Of a DNA stretch of 43,894 nucleotides, positions 26,532 through 35,588 are shown one piece after another (the first letter of the stretch is position 1; the number at the start of each line of letters is the position of its first letter). The notes beneath the pieces are model-generated. The model ran no database searches, was not told the DNA's origin, and saw only the letters and a program-made list of their open reading frames with translations. Made by a program: the position numbers and the translations under genes. The stretch is taken from positions 1 through 43,894 of the forward strand of contig JAMOPB010000260.1 in the NCBI GenBank assembly GCA_027064945.1, read 5' to 3'. This DNA comes from Candidatus Cloacimonadota bacterium. Its GTDB lineage: Bacteria > Cloacimonadota > Cloacimonadia > Cloacimonadales > TCS61.

Positions 26532-29500
26532 ATGAAAAGAATTGTTTATGTTTTATTTATATTATTTTCTTTTGCATTTTTATATGCTCAAAATGTGGAA
26601 GATTTTGAATCTGGCGGATTTGGCAATAATCCTTGGACTTTTGGAGGTGTTGCAGATTGGATAATCTCAAGTTCAGAAACTCATAGTGGTAGCTATAGTG
26701 CTCAAGCTGGAGATATTAGTGATAGCCAAATGAGTAGCTTGTCTATTACTCTTGATATAACTGATGCCAGTCAAATATCATTTTGGTGGAAAACTAGTAG
26801 TGAAAATAACTATGACTGGCTGAGATTTTATATTGATGATATGCAAATTGCTGAGCTATGCGGAGAAACCGGCTGGGAAGAAGTTACAAATAATGTTATT
26901 GTGGGTAACCATACTTTCAAATGGCAATATGAAAAAGATAGTAGTGTGAGTTCTGGCCAAGATACAGGTTGGATAGATGATATTACCTTTCCTACAACAT
27001 TTATCTATGATGATGATATGGCGTGTTCATCTATTGCAGGTCCTGCCTTTACCAATGTTGGTTCAATAGCAGTTTATGATATTACTGTAAAAAATGCCGG
27101 TTATAACACAGTGAATTCTTATGATGTCGTATTGTATAATGGTAATGATGAAATTGAAACAATTTCTATTAATCAGGCATTAGCTTTTGAAGAAACAAGA
27201 GTTCATTCTATTCCTTGGAATGTTCCGGCTTCCGAAGAAGATAACACTGTGATGATTAGTGCCGGAGTTGTTCTTAATAACGATGAAAATAATGCGAATG
27301 ATTTCAGTAGCGCTATTCCAACTCATGTTTTCCCTCCGGGAATTATTGAGATTCAAGTAGGAAATGGTACTACAGGAGACAATAAAACTCCTACAAGTTT
27401 TTCTTATGCAAATTCAATGACTGAAATGTTATATTTTTCCGATGAAATTGCTATGGAAGAAGGAACTATGACAAGTCTTGAATTCCAATACAATTTTTCT
27501 GATGGTATTTCTGATGAGAATATACAAATTTGGTTAGGAGAAACTACTCAAGAAAATTTATCTACGGGATTTATCTTTGCTGATGAATTACAATTGGTTT
27601 ATGATGGAACTCCTTATTTTGTTGGAGATTCTCAAAATAACTGGGTAAATATTGAATTTGATGAATCTTATGAATATAGTGGTGGAAATTTGGTTATGTT
27701 AGTATATAATCCATTTACTTCATCACATACAGGAACTTTTAATTTTATTCACGATGAATCTTCTGTATCTGAGCATGAAGATAGAACAAGATATAATCGA
27801 GATAATGTAGAAGAATATGATCCTTATGATCCTGAATCGATTCTTGAAAGCTATACTTATGAATATTATCCAAATGTTAAATTCAATTTCTACACAGGTC
27901 CGAAAGGAATTTTAGAAGGGTATGTTTATGATCAGGATGGAACTCCGGTAGGTGGAGTGGAAATTACATCAGATGATGTTAGTGCAATTGTCATATCAGA
28001 GCCAAACGGACACTATTATTTTCCTGATATTGCTGTTGGTGAACATGATTTCACTGCAAACAAATATGGATATGATTCCGATACTCATAGTGTTGAAATT
28101 ATCCAAGATGAAACTACTGAATTAGATTTCACAATTTCAGAATGGAATACTATATCTGTTTCCGGAACTGTATATACTTCTGATGATCTTGATACTCCTT
28201 TGGCAGGTGCTGTGGTAACTCTCTCAGGAGGAACAGAATATCAATATACTACTCATCAATCAGGAACTTTCAATTTTAATAATGTTTATACAAATGCAAT
28301 TTATCAGCTAACTATTACTTATGAAGGATATCAAGATTATACATCGGAAGTTGAAGTGGAAGATGAAGATATTGATTTAGGTGATTTGGTTGTTGTAGAA
28401 CCTACAGTACCTCCAAGTAATGTTACTGCAACTCAAAACGAGGATGAATCTATTGCTACAATATCTTGGAATTCACCCGGAGTTGGTGGATCTGTGTTTA
28501 GATATGATGATGGCGAACCGGTTACCTCTGTTGGATTAAATACCAATAATGGCGTGTTGGGTGCTTTGCATCAATACAATAGTGTTTTGAACGAAATTAG
28601 TTGGTTTCTTACAGATAGTCATAATCATAGCTCTGTGAAATTACTGATTTTTGGATTAAATGAAGATGGCATGCCCGATCAATCTAATATTTTATACAAT
28701 TCAGGAACTATTCTCAATACCGATAATCAATGGAATACACACATTATTCCGGAGCCAATTGCAGCTCCAGGCGGGTTTTTTGTAGGTATATGTGCTAACG
28801 GTACTTATACTGATATCGCTTTAGATGATGGAGTAGGCGCTCCATATGAATATCAAGATGGCACTCATTTTGCCATTCAGAATTATACTGATTCTTCAGA
28901 TACATGGTTTGCTATGGAAGAATATAATGTGAGAAAAAATATGTTGCTAAGGGTTACAGGAGCAAATTATGGTGCACCTGTTCCAAGACGTGATATCACT
29001 CACTTAAATAGATCTTTTGAAGGTTATAATATTTATCGTTTGGAAGCTGGCGATGAAAATTATCCTGATGATTGGGTTTTGGTTACAGAGGCTATTACAG
29101 ATACAACCTATGCTGATGAAACTTGGCAATCAGTTGAGGAAGGATATTATAAATATGCTGTTAAAAGCAGATATACAAATAACTTTGAATCTTTTGCCAT
29201 ATTCTCGGGAATTCTAAATAAAACTTTTTCATCTGCAGAAGGAAATGAACTAACCTTACAAAATGTGACTAATTATCCAAATCCATTTGGTAATTCAGCT
29301 GATAGTAGATCTTGCGGAACCAATATTAGCTTTAGTTTAGCTTCTGCAAAAAAACTAAATGTGAGGATTTATAATTCTAAAGGACAATTGGTGAGAAATT
29401 TAATTGAAGATAAATTTGAAGCTGGTAAACATAATGTTTATTGGGACGGTAAGGATAACAACTTGAAGCAAGTTACTTCGGGTGTTTATTTATACAAAAT

Positions 29501-29549
29501 CCGGAGTTCGAATTTTATCATTTCAAAAAAGATGTTACTAATAAAATAA
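26532..29549 (+). CDS. Large secreted multidomain protein (jelly-roll/MAM-like module, CARDB-like, carboxypeptidase-regulatory-like, FN3-like) with T9SS-type CTD
   Basis: Signal peptide FAFLYA|QN. N-terminal module EDFESGGFGNNPWTFGG...ISFWWKTSSENNYDWLRFYIDD...GNHTFKWQYEKDSSVSSGQDTGWIDDITFP. GILEGYVYDQDGTPVGGVEITS (CarboxypepD_reg-like). Tail NYPNPFG...VRIYNSKGQLV...VTSGVYLYKI...KKMLLIK. The ATG lies 9 nt after the pilD stop, with a GGGAGG RBS. Confidence 0.75.
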   Translation: MKRIVYVLFILFSFAFLYAQNVEDFESGGFGNNPWTFGGVADWIISSSETHSGSYSAQAGDISDSQMSSLSITLDITDASQISFWWKTSSENNYDWLRFYIDDMQIAELCGETGWEEVTNNVIVGNHTFKWQYEKDSSVSSGQDTGWIDDITFPTTFIYDDDMACSSIAGPAFTNVGSIAVYDITVKNAGYNTVNSYDVVLYNGNDEIETISINQALAFEETRVHSIPWNVPASEEDNTVMISAGVVLNNDENNANDFSSAIPTHVFPPGIIEIQVGNGTTGDNKTPTSFSYANSMTEMLYFSDEIAMEEGTMTSLEFQYNFSDGISDENIQIWLGETTQENLSTGFIFADELQLVYDGTPYFVGDSQNNWVNIEFDESYEYSGGNLVMLVYNPFTSSHTGTFNFIHDESSVSEHEDRTRYNRDNVEEYDPYDPESILESYTYEYYPNVKFNFYTGPKGILEGYVYDQDGTPVGGVEITSDDVSAIVISEPNGHYYFPDIAVGEHDFTANKYGYDSDTHSVEIIQDETTELDFTISEWNTISVSGTVYTSDDLDTPLAGAVVTLSGGTEYQYTTHQSGTFNFNNVYTNAIYQLTITYEGYQDYTSEVEVEDEDIDLGDLVVVEPTVPPSNVTATQNEDESIATISWNSPGVGGSVFRYDDGEPVTSVGLNTNNGVLGALHQYNSVLNEISWFLTDSHNHSSVKLLIFGLNEDGMPDQSNILYNSGTILNTDNQWNTHIIPEPIAAPGGFFVGICANGTYTDIALDDGVGAPYEYQDGTHFAIQNYTDSSDTWFAMEEYNVRKNMLLRVTGANYGAPVPRRDITHLNRSFEGYNIYRLEAGDENYPDDWVLVTEAITDTTYADETWQSVEEGYYKYAVKSRYTNNFESFAIFSGILNKTFSSAEGNELTLQNVTNYPNPFGNSADSRSCGTNISFSLASAKKLNVRIYNSKGQLVRNLIEDKFEAGKHNVYWDGKDNNLKQVTSGVYLYKIRSSNFIISKKMLLIK

Positions 29550-29558
29550 GGAGCTGAG

Positions 29559-29975
29559 ATGAAACTCGTCAAACTAACATTTTTTCTAGGCTTAGTAGTT
29601 ATAGCCATTTTTGGTTGTGATGATCGTTCATTGGAAATTAAGGAAAACATTATTGAAAATGTTTATGTGGAAAATGATACGGTTGAAATTGTTACAGGCA
29701 ATACACAGAACGGTTCGGAAATTATTGTTACCATTATTGATGAAGATGGTTCTCATCCTTTAGGAGAAAATGTTCGTTTTAAAACAGATCTCGGTGGTCT
29801 AATGAGAATTGGCACGAAAGAAAGAACCGAAACTCAAATAGATGATCAAACTGATGAAAATGGGATAGCTAAAGTATATTTTTATGAAAAAGATGTACCT
29901 GGTTTGGCTGAGATAGAGATATCTGTGTTTGGAGATAAAAAAACTGTTCAGGTTATGATAATAGACCCTGAATAA
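29559..29975 (+). CDS. Small Ig-like (Big_1-type) lipoprotein, short paralog of the 21070..22620 lipoprotein
   Basis: Lipobox AIFG|CDDRS, the same CDDRS start as the 516-aa protein. IIVTIIDEDGSHPLGENVRFKTDLGG...DENGIAKVYF parallels VRAILQDDDGFAVTNTKVIFKSDLGS...DSSGVAKVKF. Confidence 0.6.
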   Translation: MKLVKLTFFLGLVVIAIFGCDDRSLEIKENIIENVYVENDTVEIVTGNTQNGSEIIVTIIDEDGSHPLGENVRFKTDLGGLMRIGTKERTETQIDDQTDENGIAKVYFYEKDVPGLAEIEISVFGDKKTVQVMIIDPE

Positions 29976-29995
29976 AAAAAAATAAGGGATAAGGT

Positions 29996-32900
29996 ATGAA
30001 AAGAAAATTATTGTTATTATTTTTGTTAATCACAATTTCGCTTTTTGCAGAATGGGTAGATGTAAATGAATCAAGTGAATTGTTCGAGGCAAACAGCACA
30101 CGTTCGTTAGATACCACAACCATAAGTTTTATGCTTGATGGTTATAATTTAGAATCAGTAGAAGAAAACGGAATAGAATTTTCTAAAATTTCCCATGAAA
30201 ATGAAGGAAGAATTATTCAAGAAGGAATGCCTGATTTACCAAGATTTACCAGATTAGTTGCTATACCTGATCAAGGTGAAATCTCATATAAAATCTTAAA
30301 TTCAAATTCTGAAACAGTACAAGATATTAATGTGTATCCAAGACAAGCTTTAATTGCTGAAAATGGAGATTATGATCGTAGCTTTAAAATAAATAATAAA
30401 TATTATAAATCAGGAGATATTTTCCCTTCTAATCAAGTTGAAGTAGGAACTCCTGCTATTATGCGTGACCATAGAATTGTAGCTGTAACTATAAATCCTT
30501 TCCGCTATAATCCACAATCAAAAGAATTAGAAATAATCACAGATATTTCTGTGGAAATAAATGTGAACGGAAGAGGTGGTGAAAATAGTATCACTTCTCA
30601 TCGTAAACCATCACGTTCTTTCCAAAATTTATACAAATCTTCTATCTTGAATTATGATGCAATAAAACTTAACAGAGATGCTGAATATCAGATACCATCT
30701 TACTTGTTTATTTATCCGAATAATTCAGATCTTGAAGAATATTTAACTCAATTGGTTGAATGGAAACATCAAAAAGGTTTTGAAGTTCATACTTTAAATA
30801 CATCTGAGACTGGAAATTCAAATACAGCAATCAAAGCTTATATTCAAGATGCTTATGACAATTGGGAAAATCCACCTGAATATATCTGTTTAATTGGTGA
30901 TGCAGAAGGAACTTTTAACATTCCTTATTGGTCAGAAAGTTGGTCAGGATATAGTGGCGGTGGTGATCATCATTACACACAATTAGAAGGCGATGATATT
31001 TTAGCAGATGCGTCTATAGGAAGAATTTCAATTTCCAGTTTAATGGAATTTCAAACAATTATTAACAAGATTTTCTATTATGAGAAAACTCCTTATACCG
31101 ATAGCAATTGGTTTGAAAAAGCAGTTTTAGTAGGAGATCCATCTCATTCAGGGCAAACTACAATTGATGTAAACCAAGAAATTGGTGATATGATTCTAAA
31201 TTATAATAGCAATTTCGAATTAGATGAGACCTATTCAGGTAACTGGGCTAATGGCATTATATCAGGCGTAAATAATGGTGCTTCATATCTTAACTATCGT
31301 GGCTATATTGGCATGAGTGGATTTGACGTATCTGATATTGCAAATTTGAATAATGGACCTCAACTTCCTTATGCAATTATTTTAACTTGTGCTACAGGAA
31401 CATATTATGCAGGAACATCTCGTACTGAAGCTTTCTTACGCGTGGGTACACCTTCAAATCCGAAAGGTGCAATCGGTTCAATTGGTGTTGCAACCAGTGG
31501 TACTCATACATGTTTCAATAATTCAGTAACTTATGGTATTTATCATGGTGTATTCAATGATGATATATTTAGAATGGGCGATGCGCTTTTACGTGGTAAA
31601 CTAAATTTGTATGAAGCTTATCCTGATAATCCGGAAAACAAAGTTGATATTTTCTCATATTGGATAAATCTGATGGGAGATCCGGGACTTGATTTATGGA
31701 CAAGAAATCCTGAAAACATGCAGGTAGAATATAATTCTAATATTGCGGTTGGAACAAATTATTTGGAAGTAAATGTAACAGATGAAAATGGATTGGCTAT
31801 AGAAGATGCTTGGGTAAGTGCTGTTATGGGAGAAGATGAAATCTTCCAAACTGCATATACTGATGAAAACGGTAATGTATTATTGGAAATAAATGCAGAT
31901 ACTGAAGGCGAAATAATTCTTACAGTAACAAAACCAAATTATATTGCTCATTCAGGAACTATAAATGTTAGTACTGAAACATCTTTTGTAAATGTTAATA
32001 GTTTCAGTGTCGATGATTCAAACGGTAATAACGATGGTTATGCAAATCCGGGTGAAACTTTCGATATAGAGCTAACTTTAGAAAATCTTGGTTCAACAAG
32101 CGAATCTGATGTTGTTGTGGAAGTAAGTTCTGAAAATGAATATCTTACAATAAATTCTACAGAAGTAGATTTCGGGAATATCCCGGCCGGAGGAACAGCT
32201 ACAGCAATAGTAAATGCTTCCTTAGCTGCTAATACTCCTGTAAATTATGATATTGAAGTAGATTTTGATATCGCAGGAAACTGGACAGATATGATACTTT
32301 TACCTGTTACGGGTATAAATATTATATTTAACTCAATATATACAGATTTTGAAGTTGGCCAAATAACATCATTTCCTATTGTTTTAGAAAATATAGGAAC
32401 AATTGATGCCGAATCTATTGAAGCAACATTAGAATCAGCAAATGATTTTATCAATGTGACCGATAACTCAGGTTTTTATAACTTAATATTAGCAGGCGAT
32501 ACAGCTTCAAATGCTTCAAATACTTATACTGTGCAGGTAAATAACATTGTTCTTCCCGGTACGCAACATGAAATGATTTTACATCTGGAAAATGCTGAAG
32601 GTTTCCAACAAGATGTGAATTTCTTTATAGAAGTTGGTGAAGTTTCAGTAACTGATCCGCTTGGTCCGGACGCCGGTGGATATGTTTGCTATGATATGAA
32701 TGATATAAATTACTATCAAGCTCCGGAGTATGATTGGATAGAAATAAATGATATCGGAACGGAAATAAATGTTTCAGACAATGGAAATCAAGGAGCAATT
32801 TCTGTAATCGATCTTCCATTTACATTCACTTTCTATGGGGAAGAATATAATCAGATAACTGTTTGTACAAACGGTTGGATAACTCCGGGAGTAACCGAAA

Positions 32901-35299
32901 GTAGAAACTATATGAACTGGCCAATTCCGGGTCCAGGTGGTCCATCACCTATGATAGCACCATTCTGGGATGATTTGATGTCTTCCGGCGGTGGTTTGTA
33001 TTATTATTATGATTCAAGTAATAATTATTTTGTTGTTGAATGGGATAATTATAAAAACCAATACCAGCAATCTTCATCAGAAACTTTCCAAGTTATTTTA
33101 TATGATGAAATGGCATATCCTACAGTAAGCGGCAATAGTAATTTTAAATTCCAATATAAAGAATTTAATAACGTGGATGCCGGTAGTTATGGTGGTGGAG
33201 TTTCTCATGGAGCTTATGCTACAATAGGTATTGAATCTCTTGATGGAAACACAGGTATTGGATATTCATATTATAATCAATATCCTACTGCTGCAATGCC
33301 ACTTAGTAACGAGACAGCTATCTTCTTCACTGAATCGCCTGTTATGCTTGAGCAACCATATTTAGTGATCTCAGAGGTTAATTTAGCAAATGATACCAAC
33401 ATCTTAAGTGAAAATGAGAATGTAGAATTTGATGTTTTATTAAGCAATCTGGGAGAAAATCAGGCAACAGGTGTTTCTGCTGAACTTATCTCAAACGATC
33501 CATATATTACTATCAATAATGGTGAATCTGATTATAATGATATTTCTAATTCAATCTTAGCTGTAAATAATACTCCATTTGAAATTACAGTTGGTGACAA
33601 TGTTCCAGATAACTATTCTGCTAGTTTTACACTTGTAGTAGAAACTGATTTAAATACATTTGAGCTACATTTTTCATTAGCAATTGGAAAGCCTGATATT
33701 CAATATAAATCAATCGCAATTTATGATGAAGATAATGGAATGTTAGATCCCGGTGAAACAGCCGATATAGTTGTTTCTTTTGAAAATATTGGATTAATTC
33801 CACTTGAAAATTCCATTATTGAATTAAGTGAAAATGATGCAAATCTAACGATAAACAATTCTGTTTTTGAAGCAGGAACAATTCCCGGTTTATCAATTGT
33901 TACCGGAATTTTTAATGTAACAGTTTCAGAAAATGCACCTATAGGTTTGGCTATTCCTGTGGTTGCAAATATTTCCGGTGCTGATGATTATAATAATGAA
34001 TGTGAATTTTCTGTAGTTATCGGTTTAATGGTAGAAAGCTTTGAATCAGGTGATTTCAATAGCTTCGATTGGCAGTTTACCGGTTCAGCAAATTGGAATA
34101 TATCAAATGAAGCTTCTGATGGTGAGTATTCTGCACATAGTGGAACAATTACTGATAATCAGCAAACAGGTATGGAACTTGCCTTAAATATTCCTAATAA
34201 CGGATCAATTACATTTGATTATAAAGTTTCTTCAGAAGGTAATTATGATTTCTTAAGATTTTATATTGATGGATCAGAACAAGATAGTTGGAGTGGAAAC
34301 CAAAATTGGGAAACAGTAACTTATGATGTAAATGCCGGAAATAGAACTTTTAAATGGGAATATACAAAAGATGGAAGTGTATCTTCAAATTCCGATTGTG
34401 CTTGGGTTGATAATATTATTTTCCCAGGTGGAAGTAGCGTTGCAGATATTGCATTTATCCAAGGAAATATTGAATTAGAAACAGGTGATGCTGATGTTGC
34501 TGATGTTACATTGCAATTTGGCGAAAATGTTGCTCATCCAAATGAAGACGGTTCGTTTAATATGCCTGTTATTCCTAGCATCAATAACCTTGTGATAACT
34601 TTAGATGGTTATCTTTCTCAAACAATAGAAAATATAGAGTTAGAAGCAGGAGATATCTATTCTGAAGATTTTACTCTAGTGGAAATTTCAACTTTAGGTG
34701 TGCCTACTAATCTCACAGTTACTGTTCAAGGAAGTTCTGCTATCTTGAATTGGAATGCACCCGCTAGCAGAAATTTTGATATTGGAATTGATGAAAAAAC
34801 AGGTGAAGTAATTACGGTTACAAGAAACCTAATCGGTTATAGAATTTATCGCGATGGATATGCTGTGATTGATGTAGCATCTTCAGAAACGTCATATACA
34901 GATCAAGGTTTGCCCGGTGGTGTATATGAATATTATGTTACTGCTCTTTACAGCGAAGGTGAATCATTACCATCAAATATTGTAACTACAGAGCAATCTG
35001 ATGCTGATGATTATATTCCAATGGTAACAGCATTAAATGGAAACTATCCGAATCCATTTAATCCTACTACAACCATTAGTTTTGATTTGGCAAACTCAAG
35101 TGATGTGAAATTAGAAGTTTATAATATCAAAGGTCAAAAAATTGTAACTTTGGTTAATGATAATTATATTGCAGGCAAACATTCAGTTACTTGGAATGGT
35201 AAAGATGCTTCTAATAGAAATGTTGCTTCAGGAGTTTATTTCTATAAAATGTCCACTAATGATTATGCCGAAATTAAGAAAATGATGCTCTTAAAATAG
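29996..35299 (+). CDS. Giant C25 (gingipain-like) family protein with CARDB-like repeats, a NIDO-like domain, jelly-roll module, FN3 and T9SS-type CTD (paralog 2)
   Basis: Signal peptide LFA|EW. C25 propeptide-like and catalytic-domain blocks (YICLIGDAEGTFNIPYW, GDDILADASIGRISI, PYAIILTCATGTY). Central FTFTFYGEEYNQITVCTNGWI...MIAPFWDDL block. Tail NYPNPFNPTTTISFDL...VYNIKGQKI...SGVYFYKM...KKMMLLK. Confidence 0.85.
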   Translation: MKRKLLLLFLLITISLFAEWVDVNESSELFEANSTRSLDTTTISFMLDGYNLESVEENGIEFSKISHENEGRIIQEGMPDLPRFTRLVAIPDQGEISYKILNSNSETVQDINVYPRQALIAENGDYDRSFKINNKYYKSGDIFPSNQVEVGTPAIMRDHRIVAVTINPFRYNPQSKELEIITDISVEINVNGRGGENSITSHRKPSRSFQNLYKSSILNYDAIKLNRDAEYQIPSYLFIYPNNSDLEEYLTQLVEWKHQKGFEVHTLNTSETGNSNTAIKAYIQDAYDNWENPPEYICLIGDAEGTFNIPYWSESWSGYSGGGDHHYTQLEGDDILADASIGRISISSLMEFQTIINKIFYYEKTPYTDSNWFEKAVLVGDPSHSGQTTIDVNQEIGDMILNYNSNFELDETYSGNWANGIISGVNNGASYLNYRGYIGMSGFDVSDIANLNNGPQLPYAIILTCATGTYYAGTSRTEAFLRVGTPSNPKGAIGSIGVATSGTHTCFNNSVTYGIYHGVFNDDIFRMGDALLRGKLNLYEAYPDNPENKVDIFSYWINLMGDPGLDLWTRNPENMQVEYNSNIAVGTNYLEVNVTDENGLAIEDAWVSAVMGEDEIFQTAYTDENGNVLLEINADTEGEIILTVTKPNYIAHSGTINVSTETSFVNVNSFSVDDSNGNNDGYANPGETFDIELTLENLGSTSESDVVVEVSSENEYLTINSTEVDFGNIPAGGTATAIVNASLAANTPVNYDIEVDFDIAGNWTDMILLPVTGINIIFNSIYTDFEVGQITSFPIVLENIGTIDAESIEATLESANDFINVTDNSGFYNLILAGDTASNASNTYTVQVNNIVLPGTQHEMILHLENAEGFQQDVNFFIEVGEVSVTDPLGPDAGGYVCYDMNDINYYQAPEYDWIEINDIGTEINVSDNGNQGAISVIDLPFTFTFYGEEYNQITVCTNGWITPGVTESRNYMNWPIPGPGGPSPMIAPFWDDLMSSGGGLYYYYDSSNNYFVVEWDNYKNQYQQSSSETFQVILYDEMAYPTVSGNSNFKFQYKEFNNVDAGSYGGGVSHGAYATIGIESLDGNTGIGYSYYNQYPTAAMPLSNETAIFFTESPVMLEQPYLVISEVNLANDTNILSENENVEFDVLLSNLGENQATGVSAELISNDPYITINNGESDYNDISNSILAVNNTPFEITVGDNVPDNYSASFTLVVETDLNTFELHFSLAIGKPDIQYKSIAIYDEDNGMLDPGETADIVVSFENIGLIPLENSIIELSENDANLTINNSVFEAGTIPGLSIVTGIFNVTVSENAPIGLAIPVVANISGADDYNNECEFSVVIGLMVESFESGDFNSFDWQFTGSANWNISNEASDGEYSAHSGTITDNQQTGMELALNIPNNGSITFDYKVSSEGNYDFLRFYIDGSEQDSWSGNQNWETVTYDVNAGNRTFKWEYTKDGSVSSNSDCAWVDNIIFPGGSSVADIAFIQGNIELETGDADVADVTLQFGENVAHPNEDGSFNMPVIPSINNLVITLDGYLSQTIENIELEAGDIYSEDFTLVEISTLGVPTNLTVTVQGSSAILNWNAPASRNFDIGIDEKTGEVITVTRNLIGYRIYRDGYAVIDVASSETSYTDQGLPGGVYEYYVTALYSEGESLPSNIVTTEQSDADDYIPMVTALNGNYPNPFNPTTTISFDLANSSDVKLEVYNIKGQKIVTLVNDNYIAGKHSVTWNGKDASNRNVASGVYFYKMSTNDYAEIKKMMLLK
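35006..35198 (+). repeat. CTD-coding segment nearly identical at nucleotide level to 43702..43894
   Basis: By-eye alignment: about 10 mismatches over the first 150 nt or so (GATGATTATATTCC...GATGATAATTAT). Protein identity is much lower over most of the two paralogs. Confidence 0.8.
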
Positions 35300-35315
35300 C
35301 ATTGTAATAGATATC

Positions 35316-35351
35316 AAAGGTGCTCTATCATTTGCGATAGAGCACCTTTTT
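35316..35351 (+). terminator. Strong rho-independent terminator ending the long pilus/CTD-protein string
   Basis: AAAGGTGCTCTATC-ATTTGC-GATAGAGCACCTTT: a 14-bp stem followed by TT(A)TT. Confidence 0.85.
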
Positions 35352-35588
35352 ATTATCTGATGATTTACTATTGTTAACTATCTTACAAAAACCTGCTAAA
35401 TAAATCTTCAAGCTGATATCTTCAATACCAATGGTTTAATAAAAAAAATAAATAGACAAATCCTAACAATTCTGATGTTTTAGATAGGTGTTTGAAACCA
35501 AAACGGTTTTAATGATTTTTTGTTTCAAGTAAGTAGATGCATATAAAATGTGGGATGTCGAAATAAAATTAGACTTAGGAGGTTAATA

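Noticed and set aside
35352-35588. A possible Moco/Tuco riboswitch upstream of the ModA-like gene (TTGAAAC...GTTTCAA inverted repeat around 35495-35530)
   Set aside because: I cannot recognise the conserved Moco-motif core in this AT-rich 236-nt region, and the stems are short and A/T-rich. A covariance-model (Rfam) scan would be needed, so it is not reported as a feature.
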